64,000 bases of DNA from Bacteroides sp. Lineage in GTDB: Bacteria > Bacteroidota > Bacteroidia > Bacteroidales > Muribaculaceae. The notes below the pieces were generated by a model. It did no database searches. It was not told the origin of the DNA and was given only the letters and a program-made list of their open reading frames with translations. The DNA lies in contig JAMPEM010000004.1 of assembly GCA_023665145.1 (NCBI GenBank), positions 25,195-89,194 of the forward strand, read 5' to 3'. The position numbers and the translations under genes were made by a program. The first letter of the stretch is position 1, and every line of letters begins with the position of its first letter. Positions 52,466-61,916 of this stretch are shown here, in pieces.

Positions 52466-53347
52466 ATGGGAAAGGAGTCACGGAAATTGGCTTTAGCCAG
52501 GGTTATGCTCACGTTGTGTGGCACATTTCTAATGATGTTTGTAGTTGCTTCATTATCTGTGGCAGTTATACAAAAGATATTCCCATATCAGAACAGAACG
52601 ATTCTTCTATTAAGCTCATCGTTACAGACAATTTTCCTTTTTGGAATTCCTCCGGTAATTACATATCTTCTGATGAATGGTCTCAAAGGACAGTCCAGGG
52701 AGTGTATCAAGATATTTCCTAACTTAAAAAGTATAATATACGCATTAACGGCATTTTTCATATTATTACCGGCTGTAAATCAGATTATAGTTTATAATTC
52801 TGAAATGGAACTCCCATGGTCTGACATCCAGAAAGCATTTAGGGCATGGGAAGATGCCGCGACTGGAACTACTGTCATTATTCTCAATACAGATAGTATT
52901 TCGGGACTATTGTCCGGTATACTTTTAATTGGGATACTCACAGGATTCTGTGAAGAATTGTTTTTTAGAGGAGCAATACAAGGAAATATGACGAAATATG
53001 GAATAAATCACCATTTATCAATTTGGATAACAGCATTGATATTCAGTATATTCCATTTTCAATTTTATGGGTTTTTCCCCAGACTTATTCTTGGTGCGTT
53101 TTTCGGTTATATATTCTTTTATAACGGCTCCATTTGGCTTCCTGTAATATGTCATTCTCTTAACAATTCCCTTGTAGTATTTTTTGCATGGCTTGAACAT
53201 AGAGGTATACAATCAACCAATTTTGAAAACATAGGGGTGAGCGATGGATTTCCGTGGGTCGCGATATCCAGTGCGGTCTGCACAATTACCTTTTTAATAT
53301 TTGCAAAATCAGCTCTAATGTCAAATAAAATAAGTAAACGGTTTTAA
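52466..53347 (+). CDS. CPBP family intramembrane metalloprotease (CAAX protease-like)
   Basis: EELFFRG, FSIFH and C-terminal H motifs within TM helices. Confidence 0.8.
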   Translation: MGKESRKLALARVMLTLCGTFLMMFVVASLSVAVIQKIFPYQNRTILLLSSSLQTIFLFGIPPVITYLLMNGLKGQSRECIKIFPNLKSIIYALTAFFILLPAVNQIIVYNSEMELPWSDIQKAFRAWEDAATGTTVIILNTDSISGLLSGILLIGILTGFCEELFFRGAIQGNMTKYGINHHLSIWITALIFSIFHFQFYGFFPRLILGAFFGYIFFYNGSIWLPVICHSLNNSLVVFFAWLEHRGIQSTNFENIGVSDGFPWVAISSAVCTITFLIFAKSALMSNKISKRF

Positions 53348-53353
53348 TTAAAC

Positions 53354-54388
53354 ATGGCCAAGCCTACAACATATCAAGAAATAATTAACTCCATACGCAA
53401 AGATGATTTTGCTCCCGTCTATATTCTTATGGGCGACGAACCATATTATATTGACAAAATAGTAGACGCATTGGAGAAAAGAGTTGTATCTAAAGAATTC
53501 CGAGATTTTAATTCGATTACATATTATGGTGCAGATTCTCAGATTGATGTAGTTATAGCGGCAGCACAACAACTCCCCATGATGAGTGATCGTCACCTTG
53601 TTCTGCTTAAAGAAGCACAAGGTATGCCTCGCGCTAAAACAGTCTTAGACAATCTCGCGCCTTATATTTCTAATCCTAACAGGCAATGTGTTCTTGTACT
53701 TGCATACAAAGGAGAGCAACTTGCCGCGACCTCTGCTCTTATCAAATCTGCGGCCAAATCAGATGCCGTGATATTTAAATCAACCAAGCTTAGAGATTAT
53801 CAATTGGGCGCTCCAATAAAAGATTATTGCGCAGAGAAGAAAATTACAATAGATGATGCGGCAATTCAAATGCTTGGTGATTACGTGGGCACTTCTTTAG
53901 AAGGAATATTTGGAGCTATTGATAAAATATTACTTTCTCAAAAAGATGGTATAAAGAAAATAACCCCGTCAGATATCGCTGCAAATATTGGCATGAGTAA
54001 GGATTATAATCCTTTCGAACTAGTCAATGCCATAAGTCGAAAAAACTATTCAAAGGCGCAATTGATATTACATTTTTTTAAACGGAATCCCAATGGAAAT
54101 CCTACACCGGTAATTGCTACTCAGCTATTCAATTTTTTTGTAAAATTGACGTTAACTCATCTTAATCATGATAAATCCGATGAAGGATTAATATCTGTAA
54201 CTGGAGCTAAAAATTCATATGCTCTTAAAGATATAAAAAATGCAATGAGTCATTACAATTTAAATCAGTGTATGCATGCTATTTCAGCGATAAGAGATTT
54301 CGACTGTAAAAGCAAAGGTATAGATTCTCTTCAAAATGGTCATGAACTGCTGAGCGATCTCATTTTCTCAATATTTACATTTAGATAA
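53354..54388 (+). CDS. holA: DNA polymerase III subunit delta
   Basis: N-terminal ...FAPVYILMGDEPYYIDK... and overall HolA-like helical C-terminus; 344 aa. Confidence 0.7.
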   Translation: MAKPTTYQEIINSIRKDDFAPVYILMGDEPYYIDKIVDALEKRVVSKEFRDFNSITYYGADSQIDVVIAAAQQLPMMSDRHLVLLKEAQGMPRAKTVLDNLAPYISNPNRQCVLVLAYKGEQLAATSALIKSAAKSDAVIFKSTKLRDYQLGAPIKDYCAEKKITIDDAAIQMLGDYVGTSLEGIFGAIDKILLSQKDGIKKITPSDIAANIGMSKDYNPFELVNAISRKNYSKAQLILHFFKRNPNGNPTPVIATQLFNFFVKLTLTHLNHDKSDEGLISVTGAKNSYALKDIKNAMSHYNLNQCMHAISAIRDFDCKSKGIDSLQNGHELLSDLIFSIFTFR

Positions 54389-55153
54389 ATGATTTTTTTG
54401 TTTTCAGGGACAGGTAATTCCCAATATATTGCTTACGAACTTGGGTATAAACTTAATGAACCTATCCATAGCATAGATGAACATAGTGGATGCGATATTG
54501 TATTTGAAGGAAGTAATTTAGGATTTGTTTTCCCCGTGTATTCATGGGGTGTACCACCGCAAGTTTTAACGTTTATTAAAACGCTTCCTGATTCAGTAAT
54601 TTCAGCATCTAAAGGGAAAGCTTGGATGGTATGCACTTGTGGGGATGAGGTCGCTATGACACCGGAGATGTTGGCTTCTGCATTAAAGTTGCGAGGAATA
54701 GAATTATTGGGAAGGTGGAGTATAATTATGCCCAATAACTATGTCCTGCTTCCCGGATTTGATGTTGATAATAAAGATGTTGAGCTAAAGAAGCTCAAAG
54801 AAGCTCCTGACCGGATAGAGCAAATCTCAAAAAAGATATTGGCAGGAGACTGGGAATTTGATTTTGTACGAGGTAATTGGCCGAAACTAAAGACAAGATT
54901 GATATACCCATTGTTTGTAAGATTTGGAATATCCTCAAAAAAATGGCGTAGCCTTGATGATTGTATAGGGTGTGGTAAATGTGCAACTATATGTCCTATG
55001 CACAATATCAAATTAATCCAGAGACGACCTGAATGGAATGACAACTGTGCAAGTTGTTGTGGTTGCTTCCATATTTGTCCCGTAAATGCAGTTCAATATG
55101 GCAACATAACAAAAGGGAAAGGACAATACTTCAATCCTGTCAATACATTTTGA
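54389..55153 (+). CDS. EFR1-family ferredoxin (flavodoxin-like N-domain plus two 4Fe-4S motifs)
   Basis: CIGCGKCATICP and CASCCGCFHICP cluster motifs; starts 1 nt after holA stop. Confidence 0.75.
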   Translation: MIFLFSGTGNSQYIAYELGYKLNEPIHSIDEHSGCDIVFEGSNLGFVFPVYSWGVPPQVLTFIKTLPDSVISASKGKAWMVCTCGDEVAMTPEMLASALKLRGIELLGRWSIIMPNNYVLLPGFDVDNKDVELKKLKEAPDRIEQISKKILAGDWEFDFVRGNWPKLKTRLIYPLFVRFGISSKKWRSLDDCIGCGKCATICPMHNIKLIQRRPEWNDNCASCCGCFHICPVNAVQYGNITKGKGQYFNPVNTF

Positions 55154-55187
55154 AATACCGAAAGTTTTCAAAACAGATTCCTAAATA

Positions 55188-55961
55188 CTATTTATTAAGA
55201 TACTGAGCTTCAAGATATTGTTTGACATTCTGGAATAATTGTGATGCAAATACAAAATCATTCAGACTCTTTGAATTACTACGGAAAATATTTTCATCAT
55301 TTCCTTGCCAATCACAATGTCCCTTATTTATAAATATGATATTTTCACCTATTCCCAAAACTGAGTTCATATCATGAGTATTTATGACTGTTGTCATATC
55401 ATATTCATGAGTTATATCTGAAAGCAATTCATCTATCATAATTGATGTACGAGGATCAAGCCCTGAGTTCGGTTCATCACAAAATAGATAACGCGGATTC
55501 AGAGCAATGGCTCGTGCTATGGCTACACGTTTTTGCATACCACCAGATATTTCAGAGGGGTATTTATCGTTGGCATTTTCGAGTCCTACACGTTTGATGC
55601 AGAAATTAGCACGCTCCAATTTTTCCTCTTTACTCATTTTCCCAAACATTTCCAAAGGGAAAATCACATTGCCCAACACAGTCTTATTGTCAAATAAAGC
55701 TGAACCCTGAAAAAGAACACCAATCTCTTCTCTAAGCTGTTTACGTTGTTGGTCATTCATTTGCGTAAAAGGGCGCCCGTCATAGTAGATTTCACCTTTC
55801 TCAGGTGTGAGAAGTCCTATAAGACATTTCATAAATACTGTCTTTCCGGAACCGCTCTGCCCTATTATCAGATTAGTCTTTCCAGTCTCAAATGTAGCAG
55901 AAATATCATGGAGCACCTGCACCCCGTCAAACCATTTGGAAACATCTTTAGCTTCTATCAT
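55188..55961 (-). CDS. ABC transporter ATP-binding protein, MlaF-like
   Basis: GQSGSGKTV Walker A, LSGGMQKRVAIARA signature; overlaps permease gene by 4 nt. Confidence 0.8.
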   Translation of the reverse strand: MIEAKDVSKWFDGVQVLHDISATFETGKTNLIIGQSGSGKTVFMKCLIGLLTPEKGEIYYDGRPFTQMNDQQRKQLREEIGVLFQGSALFDNKTVLGNVIFPLEMFGKMSKEEKLERANFCIKRVGLENANDKYPSEISGGMQKRVAIARAIALNPRYLFCDEPNSGLDPRTSIMIDELLSDITHEYDMTTVINTHDMNSVLGIGENIIFINKGHCDWQGNDENIFRSNSKSLNDFVFASQLFQNVKQYLEAQYLNK

Positions 55962-56704
55962 TGCAATAAAAGTTTGGTAAGGATTACGTCGGCCAATAAT
56001 ATCAAAATAGAGGATGAAACGACAGCATTGGTACTCGCCTTCCCGACTTCAAGCGCACCACCTTTGACATAATAACCATAATATGCTGCCACACTTGTTA
56101 TAATAAACGCAAAAACATAAGTCTTGATAATTCCATACCATACATACCATTCTTTAAAGAAGGATTGTATTCCGTATATATATGTCTCTACTGATAACAT
56201 TGTTGTGAATTTCGCTATTAAATAGCCACCCAACAATCCGGTAAACATCGACAAAACACAAAGTACAGGGACAAATAATACAAATCCCACGATTTTGGGG
56301 AGAACGATAAAGTTAGCTGAATTGATACCCATAATATCAAGAGCATCAATTTGTTCTGTTACCCTCATAGTTCCAATTTCAGAGGCGATGTTGCTGCCCA
56401 CTTTTCCTGCCAGTATCAGCGATAATATGGATGATGAGAACTCAAGTAATATAATCTCTCGTGTAGCAAGTCCGGTAGAATATGAAGGTATTAATGGAGA
56501 TATAATATTGAGTGTCATCTGAATGCAAATCACAGCTCCTATAAAAATCGATATGATAATTACTAGAGGTATAGAGTCAACTCCCAATTTATATATTTCA
56601 AAAATCGTTGATTTGCCAAAAACCGACCATTTGTCGGGTTGGCGGAAGATTTTTCCCAAGAACAAACAATATCTACCAAACGATCTTATGGATGATACAA
56701 GCAT
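55958..56704 (-). CDS. MlaE-family ABC transporter permease
   Basis: 5-TM permease of MlaE/YrbE family size (248 aa) upstream of the ATPase. Confidence 0.8.
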   Translation of the reverse strand: MLVSSIRSFGRYCLFLGKIFRQPDKWSVFGKSTIFEIYKLGVDSIPLVIIISIFIGAVICIQMTLNIISPLIPSYSTGLATREIILLEFSSSILSLILAGKVGSNIASEIGTMRVTEQIDALDIMGINSANFIVLPKIVGFVLFVPVLCVLSMFTGLLGGYLIAKFTTMLSVETYIYGIQSFFKEWYVWYGIIKTYVFAFIITSVAAYYGYYVKGGALEVGKASTNAVVSSSILILLADVILTKLLLQ

Positions 56705-56753
56705 ATTTTGTTAGATTTACTAATTTCTATACCCTCAAGATTGTCCAATGAGC

Positions 56754-56783
56754 TTTGTGTCGTTGCACAGAGCTTTAATTTTG
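56754..56783 (+). promoter_or_regulatory. Putative plus-strand promoter (-33 TTTG 56754-56757, 18-nt spacer, -7 TAATTTTG 56776-56783) in the mlaE/DUF5606 intergenic region
   Basis: Read directly; spacer 1 nt shorter than consensus. Confidence 0.4.
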
Positions 56784-56903
56784 GCCTCTATACAGGCTAT
56801 ATGGAAAACATTCCGTTTAAAGAATAGTTTAATATCTTGCAAAATTAGCAAAAAAAATCCATTAACACAACATCATCATCTCAAAGCAAACTGTGAAGTT
56901 GAA

Positions 56904-56949
56904 GAATATCAGCTTGATTCTGTTTTTGGATCAAGCTGATATTCTTTTG
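56904..56949 (+). terminator. Hairpin (gaatatcagcttgat / loop / atcaagctgatattc, 15-bp stem) followed by TTTTGA
   Basis: Read directly. Confidence 0.55.
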
Positions 56950-56994
56950 ACTATATAATTATTGTTGAATGTAAATCCTGTGGGCAGGATATTA

Positions 56995-57417
56995 TCAATC
57001 CTCTTTTGACGCTTCTTCAGCTTCTTTGTCTTCAGTGAATTTATTAAAACCGGCACCAATTAGGATATTATACCAATTGAAAAGCTTTTTGATATCTGTA
57101 ATATAAACACGCTCTTCATCAAAATCCGGAAGTATAATTCGAAATTCGTCACGAAGCCCATTCTCTTTGATAAGTTTTTTGAGGTCAATTGTTTTCCCTT
57201 CATGTTTGGCATATACCAAGTCAAGAATCTCACCAAGTGGCTTATCCTCCCCTTCCGTATACATTGCAATATCACCGAGTGAAATTACCTTGTCTCGCAT
57301 ACCTACCGGAAGACGCTTGCCTGAACCAAGTTCCTCTACAAGTAGTGATTTTGAATTCTGCGTTAAGATTTTATAGAGTCCGGGACGGCCTGTTATGGCC
57401 AATATTGTTCTAAGCAT
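56995..57417 (-). CDS. Conserved Bacteroidetes hypothetical protein (DUF5606-like)
   Basis: 140-aa ORF; family assignment from memory, not a search. Confidence 0.5.
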   Translation of the reverse strand: MLRTILAITGRPGLYKILTQNSKSLLVEELGSGKRLPVGMRDKVISLGDIAMYTEGEDKPLGEILDLVYAKHEGKTIDLKKLIKENGLRDEFRIILPDFDEERVYITDIKKLFNWYNILIGAGFNKFTEDKEAEEASKED

Positions 57418-57440
57418 ATTTTTTTATTTTTCGAGTTATA

Positions 57441-58025
57441 TTAATTCAGTAAAACATTCAATTGTGGGAGCAAGGGTATTATGCCATCATTTATTATGGT
57501 TCGGCAGATATCCGTGGGCAACGAATCATATTCTAATTGTTGCGTGTTCATTCTTGCCAATATCTCACTTTTAGACATGGTATTTCTTACTCCTATCCTT
57601 TGAATACGAATATCATCAGGAGCTTCCACCAAATAAAATTCATTGCAAAATTCTTCAAATCTTGCCGTGTATGGTATAGCGGTTTCTATGAATATCTTAT
57701 TATTTAATTTAAAACTGTCTGCGAACATAAAGAAATCGTCTCTTACAGCTTGATGTACAAGGTCGTTTAGCCATACTCGATGCAACGCATTGTTAAAAAT
57801 TAAATTTGATAATACTTTGCGATTGATTATACCATTGTCTACTACTTCTTCTCCAAACCGATTTATTATCTCGTTCAAGATAATTCCCGAAGAGTTCATG
57901 ATTCTTTTTGCCTCAGCATCACAATCATACACAGGAAGTCCATTCTGCCGTAATATCCTTGATACCACACTCTTACCAGATCCTATCCCCCCCGTTATGC
58001 AAATTATTTTCCTATGTATTTTCAT
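57441..58025 (-). CDS. coaE: Dephospho-CoA kinase
   Basis: ICITGGIGSGKSVVS P-loop; 194 aa; overlaps upstream gene by 4 nt. Confidence 0.85.
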   Translation of the reverse strand: MKIHRKIICITGGIGSGKSVVSRILRQNGLPVYDCDAEAKRIMNSSGIILNEIINRFGEEVVDNGIINRKVLSNLIFNNALHRVWLNDLVHQAVRDDFFMFADSFKLNNKIFIETAIPYTARFEEFCNEFYLVEAPDDIRIQRIGVRNTMSKSEILARMNTQQLEYDSLPTDICRTIINDGIIPLLPQLNVLLN

Positions 58026-58990
58026 TGCACTATGGTATATTCCACTGAATCATACTTAAGTTCAGGAGTCGAAATCCCTTGCGGATAAGAGTCTATTGTC
58101 AATCCCACTTTCTGCGATTTTGACTTCATAGCATCATTAAACGATACACTGACGGATACATCCTTTATGTCATCGTTGAATTTGCTCATTGGCACAAAGC
58201 ATGAAATCTCCACATTATCCGGGAATAACAATAATGAATACCCATCCGGAACATTCTTGACAGTCACAGGAACACGTATCGTCTTCTTAACTAACGGCTC
58301 TACCGGAATTGTTACCTTTACTTTAGATGGTACAATCTTTACACCATTTATTGGCATCAGTGCTACTTCTAAAACAGTTGTTTCCTCCAGATTCCTTCTC
58401 ACTATTCTACGAGTAAAGACTCTTGTCACAGTATCAAGATCTACTGTTGTAGAGTATAATAAAACTGACGTTACATTAGAGGTCGGTCTTCCTACTATAA
58501 TTTTACCAGACTTGGCAGTAACGTCAGCATTTACAATCAAGGGCACTCGCTTACCCTTTTCTGTCGTATAATTTATATGAAGAGAATCTATTGAAACGGT
58601 AGTTATTTGAGCTCCTGAGCCGAATAATGATTTTAGACCTGCATTTAAATCTGCTGCTGTATATCTAAGCAGTCCCGATTGTGCATAATCGCGGAAATTT
58701 AATGTCAGATTTGGCTCATTAAAGCTTGCCCTGAAAAGTCTTGTACCTTTATCTCTAACTGTAATATGAATCTTCTGTGGAGGATCTGTAATGAATGTCA
58801 CACTATCCGGGACTCCTGTAACCGTTAGACGCACATCTAAGGAATCCTGCACATTGTCATTCATGGCCATTATTACCCAAAAAAGTGTCGCAAGTATTAC
58901 AAATATAAAGAACGTCAGCAAATTATGAAAGCGTGAAGAGGCTTTTATTCCTCTCCACGATTCTATAATGCGTTCGATTCTTTTATCCAC
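58022..58990 (-). CDS. YbbR-like domain protein (CdaR-like)
   Basis: N-terminal TM anchor followed by repeated beta-rich YbbR-like segments. Confidence 0.7.
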   Translation of the reverse strand: MDKRIERIIESWRGIKASSRFHNLLTFFIFVILATLFWVIMAMNDNVQDSLDVRLTVTGVPDSVTFITDPPQKIHITVRDKGTRLFRASFNEPNLTLNFRDYAQSGLLRYTAADLNAGLKSLFGSGAQITTVSIDSLHINYTTEKGKRVPLIVNADVTAKSGKIIVGRPTSNVTSVLLYSTTVDLDTVTRVFTRRIVRRNLEETTVLEVALMPINGVKIVPSKVKVTIPVEPLVKKTIRVPVTVKNVPDGYSLLLFPDNVEISCFVPMSKFNDDIKDVSVSVSFNDAMKSKSQKVGLTIDSYPQGISTPELKYDSVEYTIVQ

Positions 58991-59064
58991 TTAAAATTCT
59001 TATATTTCAGTATAAATAATTTCCCTCCCCTTCTTAAGTTAATAATAATTTCATTGGAATATTA

Positions 59065-59382
59065 TTATTTCTTTTTTGGCTGCTCCGGTTCAAAGGGATA
59101 TACGGAAGCCTTGTCTACCTTGATGGTAACACCCTTGTCAATCTCGAGCAACATTGTAGTCTCTGACATATTTTTAATGATACCATGAATACCACCGGCT
59201 GTTACCACTTTATCACCATTAGACATGGCTTCACGAGCTTTCTTTATCTCTTTCTGTTTCTTGGATTGCGGACGAATCATGAAAAAATAAAATATCACAA
59301 TCATCGCAACAATCATAATGATACCGCTGAGGCCGCTGCCGCCATTCTCTTGCTGTGCTTGAAGTAAAATTGTGTTAAGCAT
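59065..59382 (-). CDS. yajC: Preprotein translocase subunit YajC
   Basis: Single TM then ...QSKKQKEIKKAREAMSNGDKVVTAGGIHGII... YajC signature. Confidence 0.85.
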   Translation of the reverse strand: MLNTILLQAQQENGGSGLSGIIMIVAMIVIFYFFMIRPQSKKQKEIKKAREAMSNGDKVVTAGGIHGIIKNMSETTMLLEIDKGVTIKVDKASVYPFEPEQPKKK

Positions 59383-59434
59383 ATTAATATTATGTTTTGA
59401 TTTTCTCTTTTGACGTTAACATCTATTAGAGTTA

Positions 59435-60856
59435 TCACTCTTTTAAATCACCCTGCTTGGTAATTATCCCATCATCCTTTAGTTTCTTAACAATTGATGC
59501 TAACAATCCATGAATAAATGTTCCGCTCTTTACCGTAGAATATGACTTTGCAATCTCAATATATTCATTAATTGATACCTGAAGCGCAATCTTTGGGAAA
59601 TTTATAATCTCAGCAAGCGCGGCAATACATATTACGATGTCCATGAATGCGAGACGATCGGTATCCCAATTTGACTTATCAAGAGCCTCGTCTATGTATC
59701 GTCTGTATTTCTCACGGTCTCTGACTGTATAACTGAAGAGTTCTTTGCCAAACGATGCATCTTCGTCATCTTTATACATACCAAGAATTGCATTATCGGA
59801 ATTACCATCGCCAAAACGCTTCATTGATTTAAGAACAAACGTACCAATGATATCAATATCGTCATTCCAAAATACAGATTTATCCTCAAGCGTCTCAAGG
59901 AAAAGCTCATTATGGAATATTATAGTTTTATATACATTACGCCAAAATTCACAATCAGTATGTAAATCCGTCACTGGAAATTCCATATATTCCTTATATA
60001 GCTGAGACTCCATTATGGCATGTAAAAGTGAGTTCATTAGAACTGCATCATCATTTTGCCAATTGATTTTATTCTCATCAGCAAACTTCTTAATCTTAGG
60101 ATCTGCAGCCAGAAGTTGTACAAGTTGATTCTCTACAAATCTCATATTTGGATTGATATCTTCATCTGTGCGAAGATATTTTGTCCTGTTTTCTGCAATC
60201 TGTTCCTCTCTTAGTTGGGTCAACTCTATGGGCAGAAGAAGAAGTCTGAAATATAATTCCCTCGACATGTGTAGACTCTCATCCAGAGAATCCAATGCAT
60301 CTCTAAGATTACTGTTTGAGGCGAGCGAGTTAGTAAACGTCTTCTCTAAAAGCTCCTTAGTGCGTTCTACTCCTCTGATGGAATAATTCTCTCGTTGTTC
60401 ACACAAAGTTGAGTATCCTGAATCCGTAAAAATTATTAGACGCAATATCTGCTTCCAAAATTCTACGTCCTCACCTGGTGAGTGTGTTCCTGTACTCTTC
60501 TTGATATAATTCTTGTAGATTCCTGATTCCTTTATTTTATCTGAAAGACTATCCACTAATTCATTAAATGGGAAATCTCCTCCGGAATATTTTGCTGATA
60601 ATGACTTTACTTTATCATCTGATTGAAGATTTGTGATAAAAGTGTTGTCAAGCAATGGCTTATATCCGCCCCGCTTCTCTATGCTTCGTGCTATTCTCAC
60701 GATTAGCAGAAGTGTGTCAAGGTAAAGTGAATACGCAAATCTTTTCTCTTTGGTTGGAGGGGTGGGCTGTGTTTCTATCATAAAATGCTTCTCAAGAAGC
60801 AGATACGAGTACAGCAACTGCACCACTTTGATTCTGATAAGAATGCGATTAATCAT
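59435..60856 (-). CDS. nusB: Transcription antitermination factor NusB, unusually long form (473 aa)
   Basis: NusB-like N-terminus MINRILIRIKVVQLLYSY and canonical C-terminal core ...DRLAFMDIVICIAALAEIINFPKIALQVSINEYIEIAKSYSTVKSGTFIHGLLASIV, separated by ~370 aa. Confidence 0.75.
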   Translation of the reverse strand: MINRILIRIKVVQLLYSYLLLEKHFMIETQPTPPTKEKRFAYSLYLDTLLLIVRIARSIEKRGGYKPLLDNTFITNLQSDDKVKSLSAKYSGGDFPFNELVDSLSDKIKESGIYKNYIKKSTGTHSPGEDVEFWKQILRLIIFTDSGYSTLCEQRENYSIRGVERTKELLEKTFTNSLASNSNLRDALDSLDESLHMSRELYFRLLLLPIELTQLREEQIAENRTKYLRTDEDINPNMRFVENQLVQLLAADPKIKKFADENKINWQNDDAVLMNSLLHAIMESQLYKEYMEFPVTDLHTDCEFWRNVYKTIIFHNELFLETLEDKSVFWNDDIDIIGTFVLKSMKRFGDGNSDNAILGMYKDDEDASFGKELFSYTVRDREKYRRYIDEALDKSNWDTDRLAFMDIVICIAALAEIINFPKIALQVSINEYIEIAKSYSTVKSGTFIHGLLASIVKKLKDDGIITKQGDLKE

Positions 60857-61078
60857 AATTTTCTATACAATAAAACATTAAAACAAAAACACGGTGACTC
60901 TTTCATCCGTCTGCTTCAATCCGACTGCAAAGTTAATGCAATACCTTTAATTTTGCAAGAAATAACCAATTTTGTTTTGGAGATTGTTAAAAACAACTCC
61001 TTATCTCTCTTGAGTCATATCCCCGATTATATCTTGTTATGAGTTTACTTCCATATTTAATTTTATATCATTACGCCT

Positions 61079-61837
61079 CTATTTACAGGTTATTATTCCT
61101 TCGTTTATTCTTTGTCTGACAACCTCATACATCATCAAACCCGCAGCTACTGACACATTCAATGATCCTATCGGGCCAAACATCGGAATTGCTACAATCT
61201 CATCACATTCTCTTAAGACCTCTGCACGAATTCCGGTATCTTCTGAACCCATCACAATTGCTACAGGACAAGTCATATCCACTTTCGTATAATCAGTATG
61301 GACCTTTTCCGATGCACCAATCACCTTTATCCCATTAGATTTTAATTCCCTTACAGCATCCAGTATCGATCTCTCCCTACACACTGGAAGACTCATCAAC
61401 GCTCCGGCTGACGTCTTAACAGAATCCGCAGTGACTGATACCGAATTGCGCTGCGGAATTACTATTGCGTCAACATTTGCACATGATGCTGTTCTCGCGA
61501 TTGCTCCGAAATTTCTTGTATCTGTCAATCCGTCAAGCAACATTAAAAATGGAACTTTCCGATCCTCATACAATTGTGGAATCACTTCACCAAGCTTATA
61601 ATACTCTACCGGTGAAAGAAATGCTATGACACCTTGATGATTCTTTCTTGTTATACGATTAAGCTTCTCAACAGGTACACGCTGAATCAAAATTTCATAT
61701 TGGCGGACCTTTTCCATAAGCTCCTTTGCAAGATCCCCATTCAGATCATTCTTTACAAGTATTTTATCAATTTCATTGCCAGATTCTATTGCTTCTATTA
61801 TTGCTCTGATTCCAAATATATAATCACTTTTATTCAT
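61079..61837 (-). CDS. rlmB: TrmH/SpoU-family 23S rRNA 2'-O-ribose methyltransferase (RlmB-like)
   Basis: SPOUT C-terminal motifs ...VAIVMGSEDTGI... and GSLNVSVAAGLMMYE. Confidence 0.8.
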   Translation of the reverse strand: MNKSDYIFGIRAIIEAIESGNEIDKILVKNDLNGDLAKELMEKVRQYEILIQRVPVEKLNRITRKNHQGVIAFLSPVEYYKLGEVIPQLYEDRKVPFLMLLDGLTDTRNFGAIARTASCANVDAIVIPQRNSVSVTADSVKTSAGALMSLPVCRERSILDAVRELKSNGIKVIGASEKVHTDYTKVDMTCPVAIVMGSEDTGIRAEVLRECDEIVAIPMFGPIGSLNVSVAAGLMMYEVVRQRINEGIITCK

Positions 61838-61916
61838 ATATTATAATCTTATAAACATTAACATATTTCATACCAACCGGAATTTTATTAATGCAAAAAA
61901 CATACTCCTAATGCGT

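Noticed and set aside
60785-61042. 85-aa plus-strand ORF in the nusB-rlmB intergenic region with an apparent TAATTTTG box
   Set aside because: No upstream TTTG element at correct spacing. The region must carry the minus-strand nusB promoter (TAACTTTG on minus), so it is more parsimonious as non-coding.
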